A stretch of DNA of 56,474 nucleotides from an uncultured Planctomycetales bacterium (GTDB lineage Bacteria; Omnitrophota; Gorgyraeia; Gygaellales; Profunditerraquicolaceae). The DNA lies in assembly GCA_964487475.1 (NCBI GenBank), contig CAZAPM010000014.1, positions 1 through 56,474 of the forward strand, read 5' to 3'. Each line of letters starts with the position of its first letter. The stretch's first letter is position 1. The notes beneath the pieces were generated by a model, which was not told the DNA's origin, ran no database searches, and was given only the letters and a program-made list of their open reading frames with translations. This document shows, piece by piece, positions 38,926 through 47,401 of the stretch. A program made the position numbers and the translations under genes.

Positions 38926-41310
38926 ATGAAAACGACAAGAGTAGCGGTCATGCTGGCGGTCCTGTATATGGCGGCCTGTCTTCCCGGGTTGCTTCCGGGC
39001 GCCTGGGCGCAGCAGAACGATACCGCGGTCACCAATCCTTCCGAGCTTCCTCCGTCTTCCGTGGTCCCCGCGCCTGAGCGGCTGGTCAAGGCCATCGAGG
39101 TCAAAGGCAACGTGTCCATCAGCACCAACGTGGTGCTTTCCAAGATGAAGACCCGGGTAGGCGCGCCCTACCAGGAGGTCGTGGCCAGCGAGGACCTGAA
39201 ACGCCTTTACCTGCTGGGATACTTCAGCGATATCAAGATCGATACCCGGGAGGAAGCCGGGGGCATCGTGGTGGTGATCGCGGTAGTGGAGCGGCCCATC
39301 ATCGAAAAGATCACGTTTACCGGCATCCGCAAGCTCACTACCCGCCAGGAAAAGATCCGTGAACAGCTTAAGTCCAAAGAAACGCAGTACCTGGATTATC
39401 CCAAACTGGCCGAGGATGTGCGTATCCTGAAAAAGATGTACGAGAAGATCGGTTACGGCCAGGCGCAGATAGAATACAAGGCGGAGGTGGCCAAGGAGAC
39501 CAACAAGGCCGCCGTCCAGTTCATCATCACCGAAGGCAAACAGCTTAAGCTCAGGCGCATCACCATCGATGGCAACCAGGTGTTCAACGACGCGCGGCTG
39601 CTCAAAGTGATGAAGACCAAGCGGGCGTGGCTTTTCAACGCCGGCATCCTGAAGGAAGACGTGATCGCGGAGGATATGGACCGTCTCGCGGCATTTTACC
39701 GCCGCCAGGGGTATGCCGACGTCAAGGTCTCCTACGACGTGACCACCGATGCGGACCCCAAGAGGCCGTTCATGTACATGACGGTACGCGTCGAAGAGGG
39801 GAAAAAGTATATCGTCGGCACGGTCAAGGTGGCGGGGTATCAGGAGATCCCCGAAAAAGTGATCATCTCCCAGCTGCAGGAGTGCACTACGGGGAAGGTC
39901 TTCAGCCAGGACGGGATGAAGGGGGATATCGCCCGCATCCAGGGCGTATATTTCGACCGGGGATACATTTCCGCCGAGGTCGCCGAGACCACGTCGCTTA
40001 ACGACGCGACCGGCCGCATCGATATCTCCTATGCCATCACCGAGAACCAGGTGGCGTACGTCAACAAGGTCAAGGTGCGCGGCAACGTCAAGACCCGGGA
40101 TATCGTGGTCCGCCGCGAGATGCGCTTGAAGCCGGGGGACAGGTTTGACGGGGAGAAACTGCGCCGCGGCAAGGAGCGTCTGACGAACCTGGGCTATTTC
40201 GAGGAGATCAGTTACGACACAGAGGATACCGCGGAGCCGCAGAAGAAGGACCTGATCGTCGATGTCAAGGAAGCGAAGACCGGTTCCTTTTCCTTCGGCG
40301 GCGGATACAGCTCGGTGGACAAGCTCATCGGGTTCGTCCAGCTGGAACAGAAGAACTTCGACTGGAAGAATTTCCCGTATTTCACCGGCGCAGGACAGGA
40401 CATGAAGGTGCGGGCTTCCTTCGGATCCCTTTCCTCCGGATACGATATCAGCTTCACCGAGCCTTGGATGTTCGATTATCCGGTGTCCTTCGGATTTGAC
40501 TTGTACAAGCGCACCCATGAGCGCGACACGGACGTAGGCTACGGGTATGACGAGGATATCACCGGGTTCGACCTGCGGCTGGGCAAGGAGCTCTCCGAGT
40601 ACTTGCGCGGGGATATCAAATACCGGTTCGATTCGATCGACATCACCAACATCAGCGAGGATGCTTCGGAGGACCTGAAGCGGGAGTACGGGCAGAACGA
40701 TATCAGCAGTATGGAGCTGGCCCTGACCTACGACAGCCGGGATAACGTCTTCGATACCACCCGGGGGAACATCCTTTCCGGTTCGATGGAATTCGCCGGC
40801 GGGCCTTTCGGCGGGGATAAGGAGTTCACCAAGTTCTTCGGCCGGGCCTCGCACTACATGCCTTTATGGAGAGGTTCGACCCTGGAGTTCAGGGGAAGGA
40901 TGGGGCTTTCCGATCCCTTCGGGAATTCGGAGTGGGTGCCGATCTACGAGCGTTTCTTCGCCGGCGGTTCCAACACGGTGCGCGGATACCGGGAGCGTAA
41001 GGTCGGCCCCGTCGATCCCATCACCGGGGATCCCTTAGGCGGCGAGGCGCTGCTGGTGGGCAACCTTGAGTATACCTATCCGGTGGCCAGTTTCCTTAAA
41101 CTGGCAGCGTTCTACGATGTGGGTAATGTGTGGGCCAAGCAAAGCGATTTCGCGTCAGGTAATTACAAGGCCGGTATCGGCCTCGGTGTGCGTATCAAGA
41201 CCCCTATCGGTCCTCTGATGCTGGACTACGGTTTCCCGATGGATACCGAGCCGGGTTCCGAGGACAGGGGGGACGGGCGCCTGCATTTCAGCATGAGCCA
41301 CGGGTTTTAA
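38926..41310 (+). CDS. bamA: Outer membrane protein assembly factor BamA
   Basis: Signal peptide, POTRA repeats, FFAGGSNTVRGY, TPIGPL, C-terminal Phe. Confidence 0.96.
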   Translation: MKTTRVAVMLAVLYMAACLPGLLPGAWAQQNDTAVTNPSELPPSSVVPAPERLVKAIEVKGNVSISTNVVLSKMKTRVGAPYQEVVASEDLKRLYLLGYFSDIKIDTREEAGGIVVVIAVVERPIIEKITFTGIRKLTTRQEKIREQLKSKETQYLDYPKLAEDVRILKKMYEKIGYGQAQIEYKAEVAKETNKAAVQFIITEGKQLKLRRITIDGNQVFNDARLLKVMKTKRAWLFNAGILKEDVIAEDMDRLAAFYRRQGYADVKVSYDVTTDADPKRPFMYMTVRVEEGKKYIVGTVKVAGYQEIPEKVIISQLQECTTGKVFSQDGMKGDIARIQGVYFDRGYISAEVAETTSLNDATGRIDISYAITENQVAYVNKVKVRGNVKTRDIVVRREMRLKPGDRFDGEKLRRGKERLTNLGYFEEISYDTEDTAEPQKKDLIVDVKEAKTGSFSFGGGYSSVDKLIGFVQLEQKNFDWKNFPYFTGAGQDMKVRASFGSLSSGYDISFTEPWMFDYPVSFGFDLYKRTHERDTDVGYGYDEDITGFDLRLGKELSEYLRGDIKYRFDSIDITNISEDASEDLKREYGQNDISSMELALTYDSRDNVFDTTRGNILSGSMEFAGGPFGGDKEFTKFFGRASHYMPLWRGSTLEFRGRMGLSDPFGNSEWVPIYERFFAGGSNTVRGYRERKVGPVDPITGDPLGGEALLVGNLEYTYPVASFLKLAAFYDVGNVWAKQSDFASGNYKAGIGLGVRIKTPIGPLMLDYGFPMDTEPGSEDRGDGRLHFSMSHGF

Positions 41311-41331
41311 CCTATTTTTATGGAGGGTACT

Positions 41332-41841
41332 ATGAAGAAACAGGCAGTGGTGTTGGCGGCAGCAGTGGCAGTTCTGGTGACTTTCGCATCGGCGCAGGCC
41401 GCGGACAAGTTCGGCTATGTCGATCTGAGCCGTATTTTCAGCGAATATGGGAAGACCAAGGAATTCGATAAGGTGTTGACCGAAAAAGAGAAGCTCGTGA
41501 CCGCGGAATTGAAGAAGAAGGCCGACGAGATCAAGCAGCTGGGCGAGAAATTCGAGATGCTCGGCGAGAAGGAAAAGACCGCCAAGAAGGCCGAGCTCGA
41601 CGGAAAGATCAAGAGCTTCGAGGACCTGCGCATGCAGAAGGGCACCGATCTGCGCAAGGAGCAGGACGAGAAGATGAAAGAGATCCTCAAGGATATCGAG
41701 GATGCCGTGAAGCTGTATGCGGAAAAGGAAGGCTTCACCATGGTCTTTAACGACCGCGTGCTGGTCTATCAGGCCAAGTCCCTGGATATCACGGACAAGG
41801 TCATGGAAACCCTCAATAAGGGCGCTGCAGGAAAAAAATAA
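41332..41841 (+). CDS. skp: Skp/OmpH periplasmic chaperone
   Basis: Signal peptide, KFGYVD, coiled coil, DITDKV; lies between bamA and lpxD. Confidence 0.92.
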   Translation: MKKQAVVLAAAVAVLVTFASAQAADKFGYVDLSRIFSEYGKTKEFDKVLTEKEKLVTAELKKKADEIKQLGEKFEMLGEKEKTAKKAELDGKIKSFEDLRMQKGTDLRKEQDEKMKEILKDIEDAVKLYAEKEGFTMVFNDRVLVYQAKSLDITDKVMETLNKGAAGKK

Positions 41842-42887
41842 TGCGTGTGACCCTCGCCGAGATAGCCAGGCTTGTAGGGGGTGAAGTTTCCGGGGACGGC
41901 GCCACCTTGATCACCGGCGTGGCCGGTATCAAGGAGGCGCAGCCCGGGGATATCACGTTTCTGGCTAATCCCAAATACCTACCCTTGCTCGAGCAGACCC
42001 AGGCTTCCGCGGTGATCATCGGCCGGGACGTCGAGGCTACTTCCCGCAGGCCCGTGGTGCGCGCGGATAACCCTTCGCTGGCGTTCACCAAGGTGATCAC
42101 GCAGTGCATTCCCGAGGAGGTCTACCATTGGGTGGGGGTGCATCCTTCCGCGGTGGTGGGCAAAGGGGTGACGCTGGGAAAAGATGTCAGTATCGGGCCT
42201 TGCGCCGTAGTGGCGGACCATGCCTCTATCGGGGATAAGACGGTGGTTTATGCCGGCTGCTATATCGGGGCGTATTCCCGCGTGGGCAGCGGCTGTCTCA
42301 TCTATCCCAATGTCAGTATCCGGGAGAAGGTCACGGTGGGCGACCGCGTGATCATCCACAGCGGCGCGGTGCTGGGATCCGACGGTTTCGGGTTTGTCAC
42401 CGTGGACGGGGTGCACACAAAGATACCCCAGGTGGGGACGGTGGAGATCGGGGACGACGTGGAGATCGGGGCCAACGTGACCATCGACCGCGCCCGTTTC
42501 GATAAGACCGTGATAGGTAAAGGCACCAAGATCGATAATCTGGTGCACCTGGCGCACAACGTGGTAGTAGGCGAGCATTGTTTGCTCGTGGCGCAGGTCG
42601 GCGTATCGGGGAGCACCGAGATAGGCAATCGCGCGACCCTTGCCGGCCAGGTCGGGGTGGCGGGGCATCTGACCATAGGCGAGGGCGCGATCGTGGGCGC
42701 CAAAGCGGGAGTGACCAAATCCGTGCCCGCAGGTATATTCGTATCCGGATACCCCGCGAAGCCGCATGATAAGGCGCAGAAAGTGAATGCCTGCGTGCAG
42801 AACCTTCCGCGGCTGATGGAGAATGTCAAGTCAATGGCGCAGCGCATCGAAGCGCTGGAAGCGCAGCTAAAGGAACTGAAACGATAA
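41841..42887 (+). CDS. lpxD: UDP-3-O-acyl-glucosamine N-acyltransferase
   Basis: ITFLANPKY, GSDGFG, KIPQVG, TIDR, KIDNLVHLAHNV. Confidence 0.96.
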   Translation: MRVTLAEIARLVGGEVSGDGATLITGVAGIKEAQPGDITFLANPKYLPLLEQTQASAVIIGRDVEATSRRPVVRADNPSLAFTKVITQCIPEEVYHWVGVHPSAVVGKGVTLGKDVSIGPCAVVADHASIGDKTVVYAGCYIGAYSRVGSGCLIYPNVSIREKVTVGDRVIIHSGAVLGSDGFGFVTVDGVHTKIPQVGTVEIGDDVEIGANVTIDRARFDKTVIGKGTKIDNLVHLAHNVVVGEHCLLVAQVGVSGSTEIGNRATLAGQVGVAGHLTIGEGAIVGAKAGVTKSVPAGIFVSGYPAKPHDKAQKVNACVQNLPRLMENVKSMAQRIEALEAQLKELKR

Positions 42888-44206
42888 TGGATACCCAAAA
42901 GACCATTGCTGCACCGGTGACCCTGCAGGGAGCGGGTTTGCATACCGCGCATAAGGCCACCATGACCTTTAAACCCGGCGCGCCCGATACGGGAATAGTG
43001 TTCGTGCGCACGGACCTGCCCGGAGCGCCTGCGGTGCGGGCGGGGATCGATACCATCCTGGCTTCCTCGCGCACCCTGCGCCGCACTTCGATCGGCAAGC
43101 ACGGGGCGGAGGTGCATACCATAGAGCATCTGATGGCCGCGCTTTCGGGCCTGGGGATCGATAACCTGGTGGTGGAGATCGACAACCAGGAAGTGCCGGG
43201 CATGGACGGGTCGAGCACGTTGTTCGCGGATTCTCTCCAGAAAACGGGGATCGTGGATCAGGGGGTCGCGCGCAAGTACGTGGAGATCAAGGAACCCATC
43301 TGCGTGAGCGAGAACGGCGCGTCCATTACCGCGCTGCCGGCGCCGGATTTCAGGGTTTCCTACACCTTAAGTTATAATCATCCCATGCTCAAAGGCCAGT
43401 ATCTCGAGACCGTGATCACCCCCGATACTTTCATGAAGGAGATCTCGCCGGCCCGCACGTTCTGCCTGGAGCAGGAAGCGCAGGAACTGCAGCGTCAGGG
43501 TGTCGGCTGCGGCGCGAATTACGAGAATACGCTGGTGGTCGGAGAGCACGGAGTGCTCCGGAACAAATTACGTTTTCCCGACGAGTTCGTCCGGCATAAG
43601 GTGCTCGACCTGCTGGGTGACCTCTACGTCTACGGGATGCGCATCAAAGGACATATCGTGGCGTTGAAGAGCGGGCATTCCCTGAACCTTTCCTTTTTGC
43701 AGAAACTTTCGGAAAGATCGGGGGCAAAGAGCCTGGCGGCGCCTCTGGCGGCTATCCCGCAGAAGCTCGAGCCCGGGACCTTCCTCGATATCAATGTCAT
43801 CAAGCAGATCCTTCCTCACCGGGAGCCGTTCCTTTTCGTGGACCGGATCACCGAGATGGAAGTGGGCAAATATGCGGTGGGGCTCAAGAACGTGACCATC
43901 AACGATTATTTTTTCAAAGGCCATTTCCCGGAGCGGCCGGTGATGCCGGGCGTGCTGATGGTCGAGGCGATGGCACAGGTGGGAGGGGTGATGATGCTGG
44001 CGGCGCCCGAGAACCGGGGCAAGCTGGCGTTCTTCATGTCCGTGGATAAGGTGAAATTCAGGAAAACCGTGGTGCCCGGCGATCAGCTTATATTCCAGGT
44101 GACCGCGGGCAAGATCAAATCCAAGACCGGGCAGGTCTTCGGCAAAGCCCTCGTGGACGGCAAAGTGGTCTGCGAAGCGGAGCTGATGTTCGCCCTGGTG
44201 GAATAG
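42887..44206 (+). CDS. lpxC-fabZ: Bifunctional LpxC/FabZ fusion
   Basis: LpxC motifs GLHT, TIEHLMA, ARTF, RHKVLDLLGD followed by FabZ motifs LPHREPFLFVD, GHFP, MPGVL..EAMAQ. Confidence 0.95.
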   Translation: MDTQKTIAAPVTLQGAGLHTAHKATMTFKPGAPDTGIVFVRTDLPGAPAVRAGIDTILASSRTLRRTSIGKHGAEVHTIEHLMAALSGLGIDNLVVEIDNQEVPGMDGSSTLFADSLQKTGIVDQGVARKYVEIKEPICVSENGASITALPAPDFRVSYTLSYNHPMLKGQYLETVITPDTFMKEISPARTFCLEQEAQELQRQGVGCGANYENTLVVGEHGVLRNKLRFPDEFVRHKVLDLLGDLYVYGMRIKGHIVALKSGHSLNLSFLQKLSERSGAKSLAAPLAAIPQKLEPGTFLDINVIKQILPHREPFLFVDRITEMEVGKYAVGLKNVTINDYFFKGHFPERPVMPGVLMVEAMAQVGGVMMLAAPENRGKLAFFMSVDKVKFRKTVVPGDQLIFQVTAGKIKSKTGQVFGKALVDGKVVCEAELMFALVE

Positions 44207-44214
44207 ACAAACAC

Positions 44215-45003
44215 ATGCAGATACATCCTACAGCGATCGTTTCGGATAAGGCGAAGTTGGCCAGCGGGGTGCAGGTCGGGCCCTACGCGGTCATCGGCGA
44301 TAACGTCGAGATCGGAAGCGGCACCAGGATCGGGAGCCATGCGGTGGTGGACGGCCATACCGTGATCGGCAAGGAGTGCGAGATCTTCACCGGCGCCGTG
44401 GTCGGTTCCCGGCCGCAGGACCTTAAATATAAGGATGAGAAAGTCTTCCTGAGGATCGGGGACCGTAACATCATCCGCGAGTATTGCACCCTTAACCCGG
44501 GTACCGGGGAGGGAGGAGAGACCCTGGTAGGCAGCGGTAACCTTTTTATGGCCTATTCACACGTGGCGCATGACTGCCGTGTCGGCAACGGCTGCGTCTT
44601 CGCCAACAACGGCACGCTCGCCGGGCACGTGACGGTCGAGGATAAGGCGGTGGTGGGGGGCATGACCGCGATCCATCAGTTCGTGCATATCGGCAAACTT
44701 TCCATCATCGGCGGGTGTTCCAAGGTGGTGCAGGATATCCCCCCGTTCTCGACCTGTGACGGGCATCCGGCAGTGGTCTTCGGCCTTAACCTGATCGGTT
44801 TGCGGCGTAACGGCTTGCCCAAAGAGGCGATACGGGCGCTCGATCAGGCGTACCGGATACTGTTCAACTCCGGCAGCACCATCAAGCACGCGGTTGAGGA
44901 AGTAGAGAAGAGCGTCCCCATGTGCGAGGAAGTCTCCTACCTGCTCGGGTTCATCAAGCGCACGGAACGAGGAATCAGCAAATCCTGTCGCTCCAAAGAG
45001 TGA
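44215..45003 (+). CDS. lpxA: UDP-N-acetylglucosamine acyltransferase
   Basis: IHPTAIV, PQDLKY, HVAHDC, IHQF, GLNLIGLRR. Confidence 0.96.
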   Translation: MQIHPTAIVSDKAKLASGVQVGPYAVIGDNVEIGSGTRIGSHAVVDGHTVIGKECEIFTGAVVGSRPQDLKYKDEKVFLRIGDRNIIREYCTLNPGTGEGGETLVGSGNLFMAYSHVAHDCRVGNGCVFANNGTLAGHVTVEDKAVVGGMTAIHQFVHIGKLSIIGGCSKVVQDIPPFSTCDGHPAVVFGLNLIGLRRNGLPKEAIRALDQAYRILFNSGSTIKHAVEEVEKSVPMCEEVSYLLGFIKRTERGISKSCRSKE

Positions 45004-45806
45004 TGGAAAAAGTCGGCATTATCGCTGGCAACAGAAAGTTTCCCCTTGAGGTCGCCCGCGCCGCCCGCGCCAAAGGGTACCGCGTGGTCACGGTCGCGAT
45101 CAAAGGCGATACCTCCCGCGGCATTTCCCTCGTTTCGGATACCGTCCACTGGCTGAGCATTTCGCAGTTCTCCCGCATGTTCGATATCTTCAAGGCGGAG
45201 GGTATCCGCAAGGTGGTGATGGCCGGCCAGATCAGCCCCTGGCGGCTCTTTACCAAAGAGGTGCTCGCCGATCCTTTGTTGAAGTCCCTGCTGGCAGGCC
45301 TGCCGGATAAGAAAGCCGATACTATTTTCGGGGGGATCGCCGATCAGCTTAAGTCGCACGGCCTGGAGTTGATCGATTCGACCCTGTTCATCCAGGATCT
45401 GCTTCCGGCGAAAGGCGTGTTGACCTCCCGGGAGCCGGCTTTTGCGCTGTGGGAGGATGTGTATTTCGGTTTTGATCTGGCCAAAGGGATCGGCATGCTG
45501 GATATCGGGCAGACCGTTGCCGTCAAGGAAAAGGCGGTGGTGGCGGTCGAGGCCCTGGAGGGGACGGATAACCTTATCCGCCGGGCGGGAAAAATATCCC
45601 GGGGAGGGTTCACTATGGTGAAGGTCTCCAAGCCCAAGCAGGATAACCGTTTCGACGTGCCGGTGGTCGGGCTGAACACGATCAGGACCCTTCTGGCGGC
45701 AAAGGCATCGTGCCTGGCGATCGAGGCCGGAAAGACCCTTTTTATCGATCAGAAGGAAAGTATCCGGCTCGCTGACCGCAGAGGGCTGGTGGTGGTTTCG
45801 GTCTGA
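45003..45806 (+). CDS. lpxI: UDP-2,3-diacylglucosamine diphosphatase LpxI
   Basis: GIIAG..FP, DIGQTV, VEALEGTD, KPKQDNRFDVPVVG, IEAG. Confidence 0.93.
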   Translation: MEKVGIIAGNRKFPLEVARAARAKGYRVVTVAIKGDTSRGISLVSDTVHWLSISQFSRMFDIFKAEGIRKVVMAGQISPWRLFTKEVLADPLLKSLLAGLPDKKADTIFGGIADQLKSHGLELIDSTLFIQDLLPAKGVLTSREPAFALWEDVYFGFDLAKGIGMLDIGQTVAVKEKAVVAVEALEGTDNLIRRAGKISRGGFTMVKVSKPKQDNRFDVPVVGLNTIRTLLAAKASCLAIEAGKTLFIDQKESIRLADRRGLVVVSV

Positions 45807-45833
45807 CCCGCAGTTTCCCCCTTCAGTTTTTCC

Positions 45834-45862
45834 TTGACTCCTCATAACCCAAGTCATATAAT
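45834..45862 (+). promoter_or_regulatory. Sigma70-type promoter
   Basis: TTGACT-17 nt-TATAAT. Confidence 0.7.
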
Positions 45863-45894
45863 AGGGTTGTAGTTTTTTTACAAGGAGGCTAGAC

Positions 45895-46176
45895 ATGCCA
45901 CGGACTGCTACGGTCAGAGCAAAGGCGGTGTCGTTCAAGTTGTATGCGCCCCAGGCGAAGAAGGTCGGGGTGGCGGGATGTTTCAACAACTGGAGCGTCA
46001 AGGAGTTGGCCGCAAAGAAGGATACCAAGGGGAATTGGGTCGCGAAAGCCAGTTTGAAGCCGGGGAAGTACGAATATAAATTCGTGGTGGACGGCTCCTG
46101 GGTGAACGATCCTAAATGCACCAGCTGTGTGGTGAATACCTTCGGTTCCCAGAACTGCGTTTTGGAAGTGAAGTAA
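45895..46176 (+). CDS. Stand-alone glycogen-binding (CBM48/AMPK-beta-like) domain protein
   Basis: APQAKKV.VAGCFNNW, GKYEYKFVVDGSW..DP, N.FGSQN; SD AAGGAGG. Confidence 0.9.
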   Translation: MPRTATVRAKAVSFKLYAPQAKKVGVAGCFNNWSVKELAAKKDTKGNWVAKASLKPGKYEYKFVVDGSWVNDPKCTSCVVNTFGSQNCVLEVK

Positions 46177-46185
46177 TAGATTCAC

Positions 46186-46235
46186 AAGGCCCCCTTTTTC
46201 AGCATTGATGCGTTGACTGGAAAAGGGGGACTTTT
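46186..46235 (+). terminator. Hairpin with short T tract, terminator-like
   Basis: CCCCCTTTTTCAG / CTGGAAAAGGGGG stem then ACTTTT; overlaps the ribosome-binding region of the next gene. Confidence 0.55.
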
Positions 46236-46238
46236 ATT

Positions 46239-46958
46239 ATGAAATACATATACGGGCCGGTAAGATCACGAAGACTGGGGCTTTCTTTAGGGCTGAGCCT
46301 GACACCCTTCAAGGTGTGCAGCTTTGACTGCGTGTATTGCCAGTGGGGGGGGACGACCAGGGCGGAGGCAGCGCGCAGGGAGTATGTCCCGCTGCAGGAG
46401 ATCCTGGATGAGTTCAGCCAGTGGGGAGCACAGCATCCCGATCAGCTGCGGGAACTTTCGTTCATTACCTTTTCGGGATACGGGGAGCCGACCCTGCACT
46501 CCGGGATCGCGGACCTGGTGCAGGGGCTGCGCAAGCTCTCTTCGGTACCCCTGGCACTGATCACCAACTCTTCAATGCTCGTCGATCCCCGGGTACGCGA
46601 GGCGGTCTTAGGGTTCGACCTGATCGTGCCTTCCCTGGATGCGGCGGACCAGGAGGTCTTCGAGCGCATTGACCGGCCTTACCCCGGGATCAAGGTGCAG
46701 GATATCCTCTCTGCGTTGGAGGCGTTACGCCGGGAGTTCAAGGGGAAGATCTGGCTTGAGGTGATGCTGGTCAAAGGGATCAACGATTCCCCGGCGCATC
46801 TGGAGAAACTTGCGGCGGCGATCGCGCGGATCGGGCCGGATAAGGTGCAGCTCAATTCTCCGGTCAGGGCGACGGCGGTGGAGGGGGTCTGCGGGGTGGA
46901 TGCGAAGACCCTGGAGCGGATGAAGGCCCTGATCGGGCCGAAATGCGAGAGTTATTGA
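46239..46958 (+). CDS. Radical SAM protein (COG0731-like)
   Basis: YIYGPVRSRRLG.SLG, CSFDCVYC, FSGYGEPTL, ITNSS, SLDA. Confidence 0.9.
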   Translation: MKYIYGPVRSRRLGLSLGLSLTPFKVCSFDCVYCQWGGTTRAEAARREYVPLQEILDEFSQWGAQHPDQLRELSFITFSGYGEPTLHSGIADLVQGLRKLSSVPLALITNSSMLVDPRVREAVLGFDLIVPSLDAADQEVFERIDRPYPGIKVQDILSALEALRREFKGKIWLEVMLVKGINDSPAHLEKLAAAIARIGPDKVQLNSPVRATAVEGVCGVDAKTLERMKALIGPKCESY

Positions 46959-46973
46959 GGCTGTTTTACCCCG

Positions 46974-47136
46974 CACCTGGCGTTATAGGATACGCCAGTG
47001 CGGCGTTTTCTACGCCGCGCCCATAGCTCAATTGGATAGAGCATCAGCCTTCGGAGCTGACTGTTGCAGGTCCGACTCCTGCTGGGCGCACTTTTTGCAG
47101 AAAGCAAAACACTGGCCCATCCTTATAGGCCAGGTG
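46974..47136. repeat. Inverted pair of 27-nt palindromic units flanking tRNA-Arg
   Basis: CACCTGGC-GTTATAGGATAC-GCCAGTG (46974-47000); the reverse complement of 47110-47136 is CACCTGGC-CTATAAGGATGG-GCCAGTG. Confidence 0.7.
47017..47090 (+). tRNA. tRNA-Arg(TCG)
   Basis: Acceptor GCGCCCA/TGGGCGC, D-loop with A20, anticodon arm TCAGC-CTTCGGA-GCTGA; atypical T-loop TCCGACT; no encoded CCA. Confidence 0.85.
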
Positions 47137-47146
47137 AAAATTTCCC

Positions 47147-47174
47147 TTGGCAGGGGTAACTTTTGTGCTATAAT
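47147..47174 (+). promoter_or_regulatory. Sigma70-type promoter upstream of the structured element and tRNA-Lys
   Basis: TTGGCA-16 nt-TATAAT with TG extension. Confidence 0.7.
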
Positions 47175-47197
47175 TATTGAACTTAAATTAACAGATC

Positions 47198-47316
47198 GGC
47201 CGTACCTCGGCTTATCGGGTATGGTTGAAATATGTTGCATCCCGCCTAATCGGATCGGCGGGTGCGAGCTTTTCAATTAGGCCGTACCTTAGCTTAAAGG
47301 TATGCTAAGTACGGCC
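47198..47316 (+). ncRNA. Candidate structured RNA or nested palindromic element
   Basis: Terminal IR GGCCGTAC/GTACGGCC, internal direct repeat, stems TTGAAA/TTTCAA and CCCGCC/GGCGGG; family not recognised. Confidence 0.4.
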
Positions 47317-47322
47317 CTTGCT

Positions 47323-47395
47323 GGGCCGCTAGCTCAATTGGTAGAGCAGGACCCTCTTAAGGTCAAGGTTCTTGGTTCGATTCCAAGGCGGCTCA
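47323..47395 (+). tRNA. tRNA-Lys(CTT)
   Basis: Acceptor GGGCCGC/GCGGCTC, anticodon loop CTCTTAA, T-loop TTCGATT; no encoded CCA. Confidence 0.93.
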
Positions 47396-47401
47396 CTTCT
47401 T

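Noticed and set aside
32380..40854. Long minus-strand ORFs (607, 494, 533 and 646 aa)
   Set aside because: Mirror frames of glmU/prs, rplY/pth, rplI/dnaB and bamA.
42887..44206. LpxC-FabZ fusion as a novelty
   Set aside because: Already well known in Bacteroidota, Chlorobi and related lineages.
47198..47316. Mini CRISPR array
   Set aside because: Only two imperfect repeats, a self-complementary spacer and no cas genes.
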